Made by a program: the position numbers and the translations under genes. A stretch of 61,461 nucleotides of DNA, filler included, from Bonamia ostreae (lineage: Eukaryota), in assembly GCA_040357525.1 (NCBI GenBank). It is 18 parts of 18 records of this genome, joined end to end, with 100 filler letters (N's around TTAATTAATTAA, not from the genome) between each part and the next. Parts side by side here need not be neighbours in the genome. Positions count along the whole stretch, not along the records: positions 1 to 3,343 come from JBDODL010000532.1; positions 3,444 to 6,780 come from JBDODL010000533.1; positions 6,881 to 10,215 come from JBDODL010000534.1; positions 10,316 to 13,649 come from JBDODL010000535.1; 14 more parts are not named here. One strand, 5' to 3'. This document shows positions 1 to 11,556 of this stretch, one piece after another (within the stretch, counting starts at the first letter, position 1; each line of letters starts with the position of its first letter). The notes under the pieces were generated by a model. It saw nothing but the letters and a program-made list of their open reading frames with translations, was not told where the DNA came from and ran no database searches.

Positions 1-217
1 ATTTAACATTCAAGTTTTAACTTGCGTCATTGGTCAAATTTTGCGCTGCGTGTTTAAGTCAATTGTGCAACGATGTTTAAGTCATTTATAACACACATTA
101 TTAAAATTTTAGCGTTTACCGCAAACAACAATGTTACTGTACAGACATTATCAAAACTCTAGTTAGCAAAATCGCATATAATCTGCAATCTAAAGCTACA
201 TTTGAAAAATCCGAAGT

Positions 218-1119
218 TTAAAAACAATGGTTGTAGGGATTGCCGAGCATTCTCTCCGGGCTCAAATAGTCCAGTGTCCCGGCGCGACTTAAATCAGTGA
301 GCATTTCGGCGCGGCGTTCCAACCGCGCCGAAAGATTAAAATCAATTATTTTGCATTCCCCGTTGTCTCCGATGACAACGTTCTCTGCTTTCAGGTCTCT
401 GTGGATAATGCCCTCTTCGTGTAAGTACAGCAACCCGCGCGCCACGTCTCGAATATATTCGGCCAGCCGCAACTCGTTTCCGCTGTTTGCGTAACTAAAA
501 AGATCGCCTTTCTTCGCGTATTCCAACATTAAATAAACGCTTTCTGTGGTTTCGAACCATCCGAACGTGTGGATGACATTGGGATGACTGGTCGACAAAT
601 GGATGTCTTCGGAAGTTGGTGGCAAAATTTACCTTTCTCGATCAAGTAGGACGAAAGCGGAGGATAATTGGTTTGTATTTTGTCCAACCGCTTCAACACA
701 AATTTTTCTTTGCTGGATTTGATCTCTGCGAGATGGACTCGTCTGCCGGGCAATGGCCGTATTTTGGTGATATGGCTTTTTTGACTAATCGAAACTTGAG
801 GTCCCATCCTTCGGATGGCGGGTTCTCGAGCGCCGGTTGGGCGGAGGTCATCTCCAGATCCGCGTCGATGAATTGGTGTGGATTTGCTGAGGATTTGTTG
901 GAAGTGCAATTTCTTCGCTTCTTTTCAAATCGAGGCATTTCAGATCGAGCCCGTTTGAGCTTTTTCTTTTCTTTGTTTTGTCCCTTAATTTTTTAAATTA
1001 AAGGATCTTAGTAAAGTCTGGAAAACGATTTTAGTAAATATCGACGATATAAATTTTATCTTTGAATGGATAAAATCAATTACAAGAACTGCCGAAACGG
1101 CTGAATCTTCTCTCGACAT
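218..1119 (-). CDS. Aurora-like Ser/Thr protein kinase, multi-exon, 3'-partial
   Basis: Removing introns 776-795 (20 nt) and 607-632 (26 nt) joins three ORF frames: WDLNHITKIRPLPGRRVHLA..FVLKRL..HPNVIHTFGWFETTESVYLMLEYA..HRDLKAEN..IIDFN..GTLDYLSPE. The start at 1119 is tentative (938 is an alternative). Confidence 0.8.
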
Positions 1120-1349
1120 GGTTAAAATGCTAAACCGACAAACTCTTCGAAAACGAACCGCTATAAACTAAAATGCAGATTTGGTTAAAATGATTAAATG
1201 TAAAATTTGGTTAAAAATGAAGTGATTTTCCAGACCGTTAAACTAAAAGAGATAAGTTTCTTTTTTAAATTTGGTTGCCATAAAAATTTGACCAAAAAAT
1301 GGTTTAATGTGCGTTAAAAGAAATAATTTTTCAAAGGAACGATGAAAAT

Positions 1350-3343
1350 TTACTTTAACAACTTTTTCTTATCTATTTTCTTCAAATTCTTATGTTCTAA
1401 TTTGAAATAAGCAAAAGATTGCATTTTTCTTTTGCCGACATTCTTTCCATATTTTCCCTTCGTTTTCTGAATTCTTTTGTTAGATTTTATAGTTCTGCCG
1501 ATTCTACCAGATTTTATAGTTTTGCCAATTTTGCCAGATTTTATAGTTTTGCCAATTTTGCAAAATTGTTTCAAATCCATTTTTTCGCAATTTTTATCAA
1601 TTTTCATCAAATCGTTTTCGTTCCTTTCAATGTCATTGTAATCATCTAAAATTTCATTTCTATCGCTTTTGTCGTCGTTAATGTTTTTCTTTGAACTTTT
1701 CTGATCAATGTTGAAATAATAAATTTTGTTAAAACCTTTTTGTTAATCTTTCTAGCGACTTTCCTCATCAAAGGTTTCTGACCAATTTCCAAATGGTCTC
1801 TAATAGTTTCAACGCCAAATTTTTTCGAAAGTTTTTCGAGAATTAATTGGGAAATGGCTCTTTTGTTTTTTGCTGATTTTGGCAAAATGGATTTTAGAAT
1901 AAAAAGCGTTTTTGGAAGAATCGGAATCAGTTTTTGTTTTGGAAGTTTTGATGAGATTGATTTTAAAAAGAAAAGAATGTTTTTGTTTTGGTCTTTTGCT
2001 AATTTTTTTCACAATAAATTTTTAATTTTGTTATTTCGAGATCGATTTAAATTTAAAATTTTTTTTAACATTTGTCAAAATTATTCAAATCTTCGATTTT
2101 AGTCAAAATTTGGCTAATTTGTTCTATTGAAAATCGATCGTGATGTTCATTGAAAATTATTGTTATCCCTTCAATCATCGCATTCTGATGTGATTTTCCA
2201 AAATTTTCTATTTTTAATTTTTATTTTAGAAAAAAATGTAAAAAATTTAGTTTTTCTGGAACTTGCTATAAAAACCGAACGAAAATTTTATAAAATCAAA
2301 AATTGAAAAATCGTTTCCAAAAAATGATTTTATTTTTTTGTCAATTAAAGTTTCCGCTATTTTCAAGATAAATTTTCTCGCTAAATTTCTCGATTTAGCA
2401 TTTTTGTCCTATTTTTTACGTCAAAAATTGCAGTTTTGTCAAATTTGTAATAAATAACAAAATTTGCACAAAAACTTTTAGAGCACAAAAATTAGCGAAA
2501 ATTTCCAAAAGAAAAAATTGTTTTAAATCGGTTTTCTCAAAATTCTCAAAATCAATGTTGTCCATCACATCAATCAAAAAATCGGTTTTTGGCTAAATTT
2601 TGATTTTTTTGAAAACTCTGAAAAAAGTCTTCGGAGAGCAATGGCCATAAATCGCAGTAAAAATTAAATCACTTTTTTCGCGAAAATATTTTTTGTGCAA
2701 ATTTACGAATTTTAGACAGAAAAACATTTTCCTTTTCGTCGATTCGCCATATCGCAAATGCTAAATTTTAGCAAAAATTAGCCAAAAAGGAAATTGATAG
2801 AAACCGATAAAAAGAGAGAAAGAACAGAATCCAAAATTGAAGTCGTCAGATTTTTTTGTGACAGAAGAGCGGTTAAAAGATCAAAACAGTCCAAATTTGA
2901 GGTTATTTCGTTTTGACTAAAACCGCCAATTTTAGCCAAAGTCGATAAAATTAGTTTTTCCACTTTTTCTTTTTCGATCAATTTTGCGAACCTTTTTACT
3001 CAAATTAAAAAAATTATCGGAAGAGCTAAATTTTGAAAAAAACTTGTATAAAGAAAATTGGTTTTTCTTTCTGGTCGCACAAATTTGTAATTTTCGAAAA
3101 AATACGAAAGATATAATTCTGCCGTTTTGGCCAAATTTGAGATTGAGTTTTTGTTTTTGAAGGCTGATTTTGCTAAAATCCCCATCGATCTCGATATTAA
3201 GCTGGCTAAAACGATGTTGTCTTATAATTTTAATTTTTAACCAAAAGGAGAAAATTTGATATTGATTATTTAATGGAATATTTTTGATTTTCGCTTTTTT
3301 GAAAGCCGATAAAAAAATATAAAAATTTTGATTCAAATTTTCG
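1350..3343 (-). CDS. RRP12: RRP12-like HEAT-repeat ribosome biogenesis protein, C-terminal part (5'-partial)
   Basis: LILEKLSKKFGVETIRDHL..KPLMRKVARKINKK and the terminal GKRKMQSFAYFKL resemble RRP12 C-terminal motifs. There is a Lys-rich tail with a (KIGKTIKSG)-like repeat. Exon structure not fully resolved. Confidence 0.6.
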
Positions 3344-3443
3344 NNNNNNNNNNNNNNNNNNNNNNNNNNNNNNNNNNNNNNNNNNNNTTAATTAATTAAN
3401 NNNNNNNNNNNNNNNNNNNNNNNNNNNNNNNNNNNNNNNNNNN
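3344..3443. other. Artificial contig linker N44-TTAATTAATTAA-N44 (first of 17; the others start at 6781, 10216, 13650, 17084, 20515, 23946, 27373, 30800, 34221, 37639, 41048, 44455, 47859, 51263, 54665, 58065)
   Basis: Identical 100-nt spacer with stops in all six frames; flanking contig lengths decrease monotonically. Confidence 0.99.
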
Positions 3444-5053
3444 CTTGAGCTGATAAAAGATATGTTGCGCTTTAGCAAAATAGGAACAAGTTTGCCGGAT
3501 ATCCGTTTCATTAAGGAAAAACTGATTCTTCCTTGCGTCACAAGAGATGTTTGAATTTAACTATGTTTAGAATCCTTTTATAAGAGCTCCGGCCATCGAA
3601 GCGCTTGCGCTTTATTGTTATTTTGATTCGGATGAAGCGCGGAAGTACATCGTGTTGTTGTTCCATGTTTAAAAATTCTCTTCTTTCCTTTGTTTAGCTT
3701 TCTTGATTAGCTTTTGTTGCAAATCGAAGGTACTGAAAAAAGACCAAGAAGCGCTTAAGCTGATTGCTCTGAAAAGCATAATCGACTTGTTGCTGATTCA
3801 CAGCGACTTGGCTCAGTTGAAGACGGATTCGATCGACGAGAACGCCGAAAGTGGTTTGAGTGAGAGTTCGATTGTCGACGCTCTTTCGTCTTTTTTGGGA
3901 TCGGACGATGAAGTCATGATGTACACGGCGGTGGAAGGATTTGCGAAATTGATCACGGTCGGAAGAGTCAGAGAAGTCAAACCGATTTCGATGTGCATTT
4001 TACTGTTGTTCAATCCCAATTCGAGCGACGTTTTTAAATTTTTTTATTTTCATTTTTGCGCCATTAAACTTATTTGATTTTTTGTTTTAATATTTTTTGA
4101 TATTAAACTATTTTTGTTTTTATTTTTTGCGCCATTAAACTTATTTGATTTTTTGTTTTAATATTTTTCGATATTAAACTATTTTTGTTTTTATTTTTTG
4201 CGCCATTAAACTTATATGATTTTTTGCGATATTAAACTATTTTTGTTTTGATTTTTGCGCCATTAAACTTATTTTGATTTTTTTGCGCCATTAAACTATT
4301 TTTGTTTTGATTTTTTGCGCCAATGAACTATTTTTGTTTTTATTGTTTGCGCCATTAAAATTATTTAAAAAGGAAGAACCGATTCAGCAATGTCTTTCTT
4401 TATTCTTTTCTTCCTTTCTTTTATTAAAGGGGAAAAACTTTGCAAACAACGCCCGTCTTTTCGCGAAAGCGTTTCTGCCCACAATCAAAATAATTCTCCA
4501 CGCGCCGCTCTCATCGCCACTTTCTAAAATTTCGGTTCAGCAGTTCTCCAATTGGACCTTTTCTTTCTTCCCGGAAAATCACCAAGATTTCACTGATAAA
4601 GGTAATTTAGGCTAAATTTTAAATTTTTGACCGATTACCAAATTAAATTTAAATCTGTCTGAATTTATATTTTGGATGCTAAATTTTAAGTCTGTCTAAA
4701 AATTAGAGCAAATTTGGTTAACCACTAAAATTTGCAAATCTTTAAAGATTGCTATGAGAAACATAAAGAAACGATAGATCAAATAAGAGCGTCTTTGACC
4801 AAATTTATTTTGAACGAAATATTAAAAAACGATTTCAAAAATGAAAGTTAAAATTCTAACTTTCATAAAAATAGAAGACAACGCCGAAGCGTTAATATTC
4901 TCCAAATTGTTGTTGCCAATCCGTTTGGTTCCGGATAACAAGGAAATTGCAAAAATTGTTAAAAGGATCATTAAAAAACTCGAAGACGAAAATTGCGACA
5001 AATTTGTCAAAATTAACTTGAGGCGGTTCATCAGATCAAATTCAATTAAATAA
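3444..5053 (+). CDS. NCAPG: Condensin complex subunit 3 (CAP-G/Cnd3), C-terminal domain, 5'-partial
   Basis: IRAPAIEALALYC, LKLIALKSIIDLLLIH, TAVEGFAKLITVGRV, LLLFNP..EEPIQQCLSLFF match the Cnd3 domain. Introns include 3549-3570 and 4030-4372. Confidence 0.85.
4040..4365. repeat. Degenerate ~30-nt minisatellite (core TGCGCCATTAAACT) inside CAP-G intron 4030-4372
   Basis: Repeated gcgccattaaact / gatattaaact units are directly visible. Confidence 0.9.
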
Positions 5054-5366
5054 AAATGAACATTTTTAACAAATGCAAAATTATGCGCAACAAAAAATTT
5101 TAAGATTTTTAATATAAGACTGAGTCAGGCTCAAGTTGATAAATTGTTGTTAATGTTGTAATGCAAAAAAGATATTTATCTTTTTCAAATTTATTCAAAT
5201 TATAATTTAATCGATAAGACGCATCATTTTTATTTCTTCTGCTTGATAAAATGAGTTAAAAATGGTTGCAGTATATCAATATTTTAAAGTTAAAATTTAT
5301 TTTTAATGTCATCGGGTTGTAGTACATCGAAAACTAAAAAACATAAAAAATCTTATTTAATAACAA

Positions 5367-6780
5367 TCAAATCCCGTCGCTCTGCCCGATTTCAGCCTCT
5401 TCGATAAAATCAATTTTCTTCGTTTTTTCGATATTCAGCTGCAAGCATGCCATGTCTATCGCTTTCCTATAATTCGCCAACAAATGGTCTTCGATGCTCG
5501 TCTTCGATGGCATCAACGACTTTTCTACTACGTTTGGCGCGAATATTATATTCCCCGCTCTGTTCATGTAGACCTTTCATCGTTTCACATTTGTTAAATC
5601 GCACATTTGTACATATTCAATAAATTAATGATCTACTTCAAAGTGATCTACTCACCAAAGCGATCCACACATTAATTGAACCTCTGAATCAACATGACGA
5701 TAGGAGGCCAACTCGGTTGGATAAGCAGTTACAATGTCCCTTTCGAAGACTATCCGGAAACAGTCGTTCTTCGGTATCAATGCTCTGAAAAGATTCGAGA
5801 ACGAGCTACAGCCCACTCTTGGAGACCCAAAAGTATACAGTCGCACGTCACAACCCATTCTGCAGCGGGTTTCGAGACAGCACAGAGTAGCGAGAGCAGC
5901 GCCGAGGCTGTGCCCCGTGAAATAGAAAATGGTCTCTTTGTTTTTGTCGCGGGCGAGCGCGTTCAAAAACTTGAAGACACTTTTTCTGACGACCAAATAT
6001 GATTGGAGGAAGCCAGCGTGGACCATCGTGGAGCCATGTTGCATTTTCTGTTGCGATGGGCTGATGAAACGGAGGTCGCCGGTGTACCTTTTTTAAAATG
6101 TTCATTTTGGTCAAATTTTTGATCAAATAGAAAAAAAAATTCAAGCACCAAAAAATTGCAATTTATTGAAACAAGAAACCAAAAATTGTTGTTGACGAGT
6201 CGATGATATATTCTTAAATTCGTGGTAACATTGACGAAGCTAATGGATCCTCTGAAAGCGACCGTGACAATTCCTTTTCCTTCAGCGATTAGCCATTGAA
6301 CGTCGTAATCTTTGCTCTGACCTATCTCGTACAGATTTAACGACGAATCTTCCAGATTTACTGGATATTCGTTTGGATTATCTGTTTCAATGCTAAATTT
6401 CACAAAATGACAAAATTTTAATGTTGGAAATATTTTGACAATAACCCTTTCGGAATTCCATAAGCTTGCCAAGAAAGGTGGCACATGAGCCTGGCAACTT
6501 TGAGAGAGAAGCCGCTGTCTTCATATTCGTTTCTGTAAATCGAGTACTGACTGAGATCTTTTTCGCGCAGAGGCAAATGGACGAAAGCGCAGACAATCGT
6601 GAAAGAAGAAAGAATCAAATTTGTTCCGAGCCCGGAAAGAGGATTTTTGTTGGAGTTGAATAATTTGTCACCGGAGATGTACCAAATCAACCAGACGAAG
6701 ATTATGTAGAGAAGTACGAAGTAGGATTGTGTGACAAAGAATCTTTTTTAAGAACATGTTTAGCTGTTTCAAATTCAAGT
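5367..6780 (-). CDS. Class 3 lipase with hydrophobic N-terminal region, multi-exon, 5'-partial
   Basis: VAFRGS, VHAGF, TGHSLGAALA nucleophile elbow, YTFGSPRVG, DIV, catalytic His in EDHLL. Confidence 0.9.
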
Positions 6781-6953
6781 NNNNNNNNNNNNNNNNNNNN
6801 NNNNNNNNNNNNNNNNNNNNNNNNTTAATTAATTAANNNNNNNNNNNNNNNNNNNNNNNNNNNNNNNNNNNNNNNNNNNNAATGTAATCATTCGAACAAT
6901 TAAAAAATTGTTTGCTTCAATGTTAATTACCAACGTGACAATGTTGTGTGTAT

Positions 6954-8773
6954 TTATTCTGCTGCTGCTGCTTCAAGATATTCTTTATAAAGAGGATGCT
7001 TCATGTATCGTCTCCTAGAAGATCTTAACATACAAAATGTTTGCTTTTCCGATTCAATTAGCTCGCTTTTGATGGTTTCTATAATGTCTCTTTGAAATTT
7101 CGGGTTCAACAACTCGAAGAAACTTGGCTTCTCTAAGCGATCTTTTACCTGCCTCAGTCGAGTTTTCAATTTATTTGTTATGTTGACCTTTGTTTGATGT
7201 GGTTAAATAAATCGAAACAGCCTCTTGCGCCCCTCCTTCATGACCACCGAACATATTCGAAATGTTGGATTCATTGATTCGACTATCTTCATCACCAATA
7301 TATTTTCTAATCAAAGTGATCATTTCTTCCATTATTCTGGAAGTTCCTTCTTCAGTCAAATTGCCTTCTGCTAAAGTGCTCTCAATCAGATTTATTAATC
7401 TTGTCACGTGCTTTTTATGTTGGAACAAAACCATGTAGAAGTGCATGTGGTGAACAGAATATTCCAAATCGAGATACAATGTAAAATATTTGATGAACTT
7501 GATTATTAGAAATTTTAATTTTTCGAATTACGATAAATTTACATTTGTTCTTTAAATTCTGCAGTTTTGACATATCAATTGTTTGAAAATTATTAAAACT
7601 AGAGTATTCGTCAACAGATGTCTTAAAGAGGAAGTCCCATTTTCTTCGACTTCGGTATTGGTTTCAGTATCCGCGTCGGGTTTATTATATTTATCCCGCA
7701 TGACTAGAAAATAAGGATAGCCGATTTGAATTAGACCCACCATATGAGCCATTGAAATTTCCAAAAAAGAACCGCCGACTAACAAAGCAATAAAAGGGAC
7801 GGTGTCCATGTAAATATTTAAGTTGGTAATGTAGTGAAAAATGGGGAAAAGAATCGTGGAGACGCCCAGATATGATATTTGGCTTTTTAAACCGACGGTA
7901 TCTGAGCGATGCTTTGCCAAGTTGATTGTGATTATCACAAAAATTAACAGAAAGGTTGCTTTGAAATTAAAGATTTTATTTATTGGAATTAATTTTTGAT
8001 ATTGTGATTATCACAAAAATTGGCTAAAAAGTTGCTTTGAAATTAAAGATTTTATTTATTTGAAATTAATTTTTGATATTGTGATTATCACAAAAATTGG
8101 AAAAAAGTTGCTTTGGAATTAAAGATTTTATTTGAAATTAATTTTTGATTGTTAGTTTCTAAACTCAAATAAAGGAAAACCAAATTCTAATAAGAACACA
8201 ATATTCAAAAAAATCCATTCGGTATAGAAACAAACCACTTTTTCGATGATGCCAGCAAAAGTGAAAGCGTACATTGAGATAATCATAATTTTACGAAATT
8301 TGGTGTGTTTTTTTATAATGAAAACCATTCCGTCAAAACTGTTTTCCGATTTTGAAAGTAAAAAAACGACTGTGTCCTTTAATCATTTTTTGAAATAAAT
8401 ATTTTAAAACGTAAAATATTTAAAAACGTAAAAGACCACAAAAATATTTAAAAACGTAAAAGAAGAGATAGAAAAAAGAAACGCACATGAACAAAGTGTT
8501 ATTATAAATGGTGTCGTAAGAAATATGAAAGATGAATTTTTTCAGTCCCGTGATTATTAAGGTTATAGTGACAAGCAACAATGATGTAATCAAGAAATTT
8601 ACAGGTCTTTAAATTTTGTGGATACAAAACCTCATTCTAAGAATCTCTTCTTGTTCTCGGATCCTCAGGTGCAAAATTGTGAGGATGACAAGAGACAAAA
8701 CGCCAACTGTTATTATGATGCTCCAAATGAGTGTAGAAGGAAGTGCGCGATTATTAATGTCTAAGTAGAACAT
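6954..8773 (-). CDS. Multi-transmembrane (7TM-like) protein with C-terminal RGS domain
   Basis: ATG at 8773 (MFYLDINNRALPSTLIWSIIITVGVLSLVIL..) followed by several hydrophobic helices, then RGS-like LRHLLTN..FTLYLDLEYSVHHMHFY..IRKYI..VNI..TFCMLRSSRRRYMKHPLYKEY after splicing. Confidence 0.7.
7925..8149. repeat. Three ~75-nt tandem copies spanning an intron/exon junction of the 7TM-RGS gene
   Basis: Unit attgtgattatcacaaaaatt..gttgctttg(a/g)aattaaagattttattt..attaatttttgat starts at about 7925, 8001 and 8078. Confidence 0.9.
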
Positions 8774-9147
8774 TATTGTTTAATATATTGTTTGAAAGAT
8801 GTAGTTTGTAAATTACAATTTTATGATATAAAAAAATCGTAAAAGGTTTGCAAAATGGTTATATCGACTATATAAATAACTATTAAAAAACTTTAATGTA
8901 AAATTGTTTTTGTCATTTTTTTGTTAAAAAAGCAGTTTATACTTGAATGGCTAAAAAATTGTTTTTTTGTTAAAAAAAGATTTAAAAATATTTCCGATCT
9001 CGTCGGGTTTCCTTTTTTAGAAGATTTTTATTTGATATTTTTAAAATTTTTAAGTGCAAACTTATTCAACAAATTATTTGCAAAAGTTTTGAAGAATCTA
9101 ATTTACGAGTTAGAAATTTAGCATAGAATAAAATATTTAGCCCTGTA

Positions 9148-10165
9148 ATGCTATCGAAACCGAAACATGTTATAAATTTTGCAACAAAACGATTCTTTGT
9201 GATTTTTAAGAGTCCCCCGCGAAACACTTCACTAAATTTCAAAGACAAAGATTTAAAGCAAATGGTTAAAGCCCTCCCAGAAAAATATTTTGACAAAAAC
9301 AAACATCCGAAAGGCATTCTACACAACAGATTTAGTCGATGTTTCCGAATTTCGTCTTCTTAAATCTTCAGATCTAGCTCCATTAAATAAAATTTCAACG
9401 TCCTTAAAAACCTTAAATTTAAAAATAGTCCTCGCAGTAAAAAGCATGGCAAACAAAAATGGGAAACCGGCGCCATTATTTTCAGACATTCCCGGACAGC
9501 GTCCCGGAGATTTGGTGATGAAACATATATTGGAATCCAAATCGCCACAGAACAGAAACGAACTTTGGCGTTCTCTGTCACCAAAAAAATTCTTAGTCTC
9601 CAAGAGACATCTGAGCAAAGTACTCCATTCTCTTATCGCACGACAAATCCTCATCGTCTTCCAACAAGAACCGAAAAAACCTTTCGTTTACACTTTCAAC
9701 ACGGAAAAGAAAAAAATCTGGAACGATTACGTCGCGAAAACAGTGAAAGAAAGAGAAGTCTTTCTTCAGTTGTTTGCGGAATCCGCGAAAACAAAAAAAG
9801 CGATTTCGGAATTGAGGGCGGAACGAGAAAAGCGGCATTTGTCGAAAATCAATTCACAGAACGATCAAACGATAAAGAAAGATTTGCGTCGAAAACAGGT
9901 TTTGCAGGGCGAAGGACGAAACGAAAAAGAGAAAATGGAGAATTTGGAATGGAAAAATATAATTTGGAGCGGTTCTGGCTTCGTCGATAAGCGAGAAAGA
10001 GCGGAGGGAATCGGTTGCGTTTATTATGAGAGAAAGAAATTGGTGAACGATTTGTTGGGGATAACTGGACCGCATCCGAGAAAAAGAAGAAGAGCTTTAA
10101 AATTTATTGAGAAGAAAAAAGAGGATTTTAAAAGAGCGAACGAGGAGATTGGGCGCGAACTTTAG
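9148..10165 (+). CDS. Hypothetical basic protein, possibly mitochondrial; probably one intron joining ORFs 9148 and 9290
   Basis: Long Lys/Arg-rich ORF; N-terminus MLSKPKHVINFATKRFF looks like a presequence; no family recognised. Confidence 0.5.
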
Positions 10166-10315
10166 TGCATTAAACTTTGAATTTTAAGTTTTTGCGATTG
10201 CAAAATTGCGATTTANNNNNNNNNNNNNNNNNNNNNNNNNNNNNNNNNNNNNNNNNNNNTTAATTAATTAANNNNNNNNNNNNNNNNNNNNNNNNNNNNN
10301 NNNNNNNNNNNNNNN

Positions 10316-11389
10316 TTTGACAACCGCTTCGATTTTATAGTTTTCCGGCGTCGATTCGTCCGAAATAAATGACAAAGACCACGCAGCATCGGTGACAATA
10401 TCTGGATCGCTGTGATTCAGTAATTGCTTCAGATAAGGCAGTGATTTCAACATCTCGTTGAAATCCGGCTCCGGCTTCGATCTGCAAAAATTTGACAAAG
10501 CCCATGTCGCTGTGCGCAAAACAGAAAGTTCTTGTGTTCTGTGAAAGAGCTTTAAAATTAAATCCATTGCGCCGAGTTGAAGAACTCGGTCTCGGTAACT
10601 TGCTTGATCGCCGGCTATGTTCCCAATTGCCCAACAGCACTTTCGATTTTAATGAAAAAAATTTAATGCCCAAAAACAAATTTACAAAAAAATTTAATAA
10701 AAAATTTAAAGACCAAAAAATAAATTTGGAAAAAATTTTAATGAAAAGAAAAAATCAAATTTTCGCAAAAAATCAACTTGTTCAGAGATTTCGATATTAT
10801 CGGATTTGAGGAGTTCAATCAGTTTCGGGACTGCGCCTAAATCTAAGAGAATCCGAGTTTGCTCACTGGTCCCCGAAGCGACGTTGGTCAAAATCCAAGC
10901 GGACTCAAAAACAAGTTTGGGATTGTTTTGTAAAGTCAAAAATTCGATTAGTCGCGGAATCGCCCCGGAATCGATCACTTGTTTGATCGGAGGTTCCTTT
11001 TCTGATTTTACAAATTTTAGCTTTTTTGTTCATTTGGACGAACCGATTCGAAATAAAAGTTTTTCAAAATTTTTTATTCCGAAAAATGAAAATTACAAAA
11101 AATGGCAAAAACGTTTTGAAATGATTTTTCGTAAACAAAGAGTGCACTCGTACTGAGTTTTCGGGTTGTTGTCCATTATTCCTTTTTTGAAGCGATTGAT
11201 GTCATCGACCGAAACAGACTGTTCATCCAATCTCGCGGCAGCGCCTAATTGCCGGCGTTTGGTCATTAGCTCTCGCCGTTGAGTGTGCCGCAATTCAAGA
11301 AGTCCGTCTTGTCGGCGGCGGCGGCTCTCCTCTGCGTTCAATCCCTTTTTGTAGTCTGTGATCTTTTCGCCGGAATTGTCAAACAGCAT
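10316..11389 (-). CDS. KPNA: Importin subunit alpha, 3'-partial
   Basis: IBB domain (ESRRRRQD..ELR..RRELMTKRR) and ARM repeats FESAWILTNVASGTSEQT, WAIGNIAGD, ATWALSNFCR, DAAWSLSFISD. Confidence 0.97.
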
Positions 11390-11556
11390 TAAAACAAAAC
11401 GCAGTGTGTAAGTTTTATGTTGTGTTTATATTCTGAAATTTAGCTTTTATGGAATTGATTGTTTTGTTTTAGTTCAATTATTATTTTTGCTGTTATATAA
11501 TTTTGACACGTCATTCGCCACAAATAAACTCTCTTTCGTCCACAAAATTCCCTTTA

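Noticed and set aside
3387-3400. TTAATTAATTAA as a biological repeat or regulatory site
   Set aside because: Always centred in N runs; it is a synthetic six-frame stop linker.
4040-4365. CRISPR-like repeats
   Set aside because: Degenerate low-complexity minisatellite inside an intron; the intervening sequence is not unique.
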